Origin: Patescibacteria group bacterium
Lineage (GTDB): Bacteria; Patescibacteriota; Minisyncoccia; Phycocordibacterales; UBA9973
DNA length: 64,000 bases
Reading direction: 5' to 3'
Assembly: GCA_038063915.1 (NCBI GenBank)
Contig: JBBTUE010000001.1
Span: 107,905-171,904 of the forward strand
Shown: positions 63,684 to 64,000 of the stretch, in pieces
Position numbering within the stretch: position 1 is the first letter of the stretch
Layout: each line of letters starts with the position of its first letter
Made by a program: the position numbers and the translations under genes
The notes under the pieces: generated by a model
The model's input: only the letters and a program-made list of their open reading frames with translations
What the model was told of the DNA's origin: nothing
Database searches by the model: none

Positions 63684-64000
63684 ATGGAAAATAATGTTGC
63701 AAAGAAAAGCCCCCTTTTGATAATCCTAGTCGCTATTTTAGTCGTAGTTATCGGTATATGGATATACAACAGGCAAGCTGAAGTTGACGTCGATGTGAAC
63801 TCTCCTACAGTAGAAACACAAATCGATTCTACCGAAGATATCGGTTCTACACCTCCGACAGGCACAGTTTCGATAAGCTATACAAAAGCACTTCAAGTGT
63901 ACAAAGACAAGCGTATTCAGCTTGGTGTCGGCAGCGGTTGCCCTGCTCATCCCCGTGCTATGACTTTCAAGAATAATACGACCATCATGATAGACAATCG
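63684..64000 (+). CDS. Membrane-anchored hypothetical protein, runs off the window end
   Basis: MENNVAKKSPLLIILVAILVVVIGIWIYNR... open to 64000; not in the ORF track because it has no stop in the window. Confidence 0.7.
   Translation, partial: MENNVAKKSPLLIILVAILVVVIGIWIYNRQAEVDVDVNSPTVETQIDSTEDIGSTPPTGTVSISYTKALQVYKDKRIQLGVGSGCPAHPRAMTFKNNTTIMIDN

Noticed and set aside
1-64000. Alternative genetic code 25 (TGA=Gly), and the many short antisense ORFs in the track
   Set aside because: Conserved genes end properly at TGA (tpiA, recJ, comEC) with no read-through needed; the antisense ORFs lie within well-supported genes

Overview
AT-rich bacterial chromosomal window in standard genetic code 11 (TGA is used as a stop, e.g. 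tpiA). The gene set and organisation point to a Patescibacteria/CPR (Parcubacteria-like) genome; this is inference from the paralogous Cys-rich proteins, type IV pilin cluster, split ComEC, rplK without rplA and divergent EF-P. Housekeeping genes (rplS, tRNA-Leu, tRNA-His, tpiA, pgk, recJ, rnhA, rpmB, rpsL-rpsG-fusA, secE-nusG-rplK, efp, recA, ftsK) are interspersed with accessory loci. Four features stand out. (1) A vitamin B12 module: class II RNR, a solitary ECF-type S component, a cobalamin riboswitch with terminator/antiterminator, and two exported transcobalamin-like (DUF4430 and alpha/alpha-barrel) proteins. (2) A four-helix-bundle/wHTH gene divergent from ftsK, whose own DNA carries about 16 copies of an AAARGACA-like motif on both strands and in different reading frames, plus DnaA boxes. 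(3) A roughly 545-nt highly structured leader displaying repeated GAUAGAG loops in front of a 1054-aa surface protein gene. (4) Four paralogous Cys-rich proteins with conserved ends. Also seen: pervasive leaderless-type promoters, a GAAC-N4-GTTC box in the recA promoter spacer, and two families of palindromic repeats. No CRISPR array, transposase, integrase or rRNA was recognised. All calls are by eye from sequence motifs; no database searches were run.
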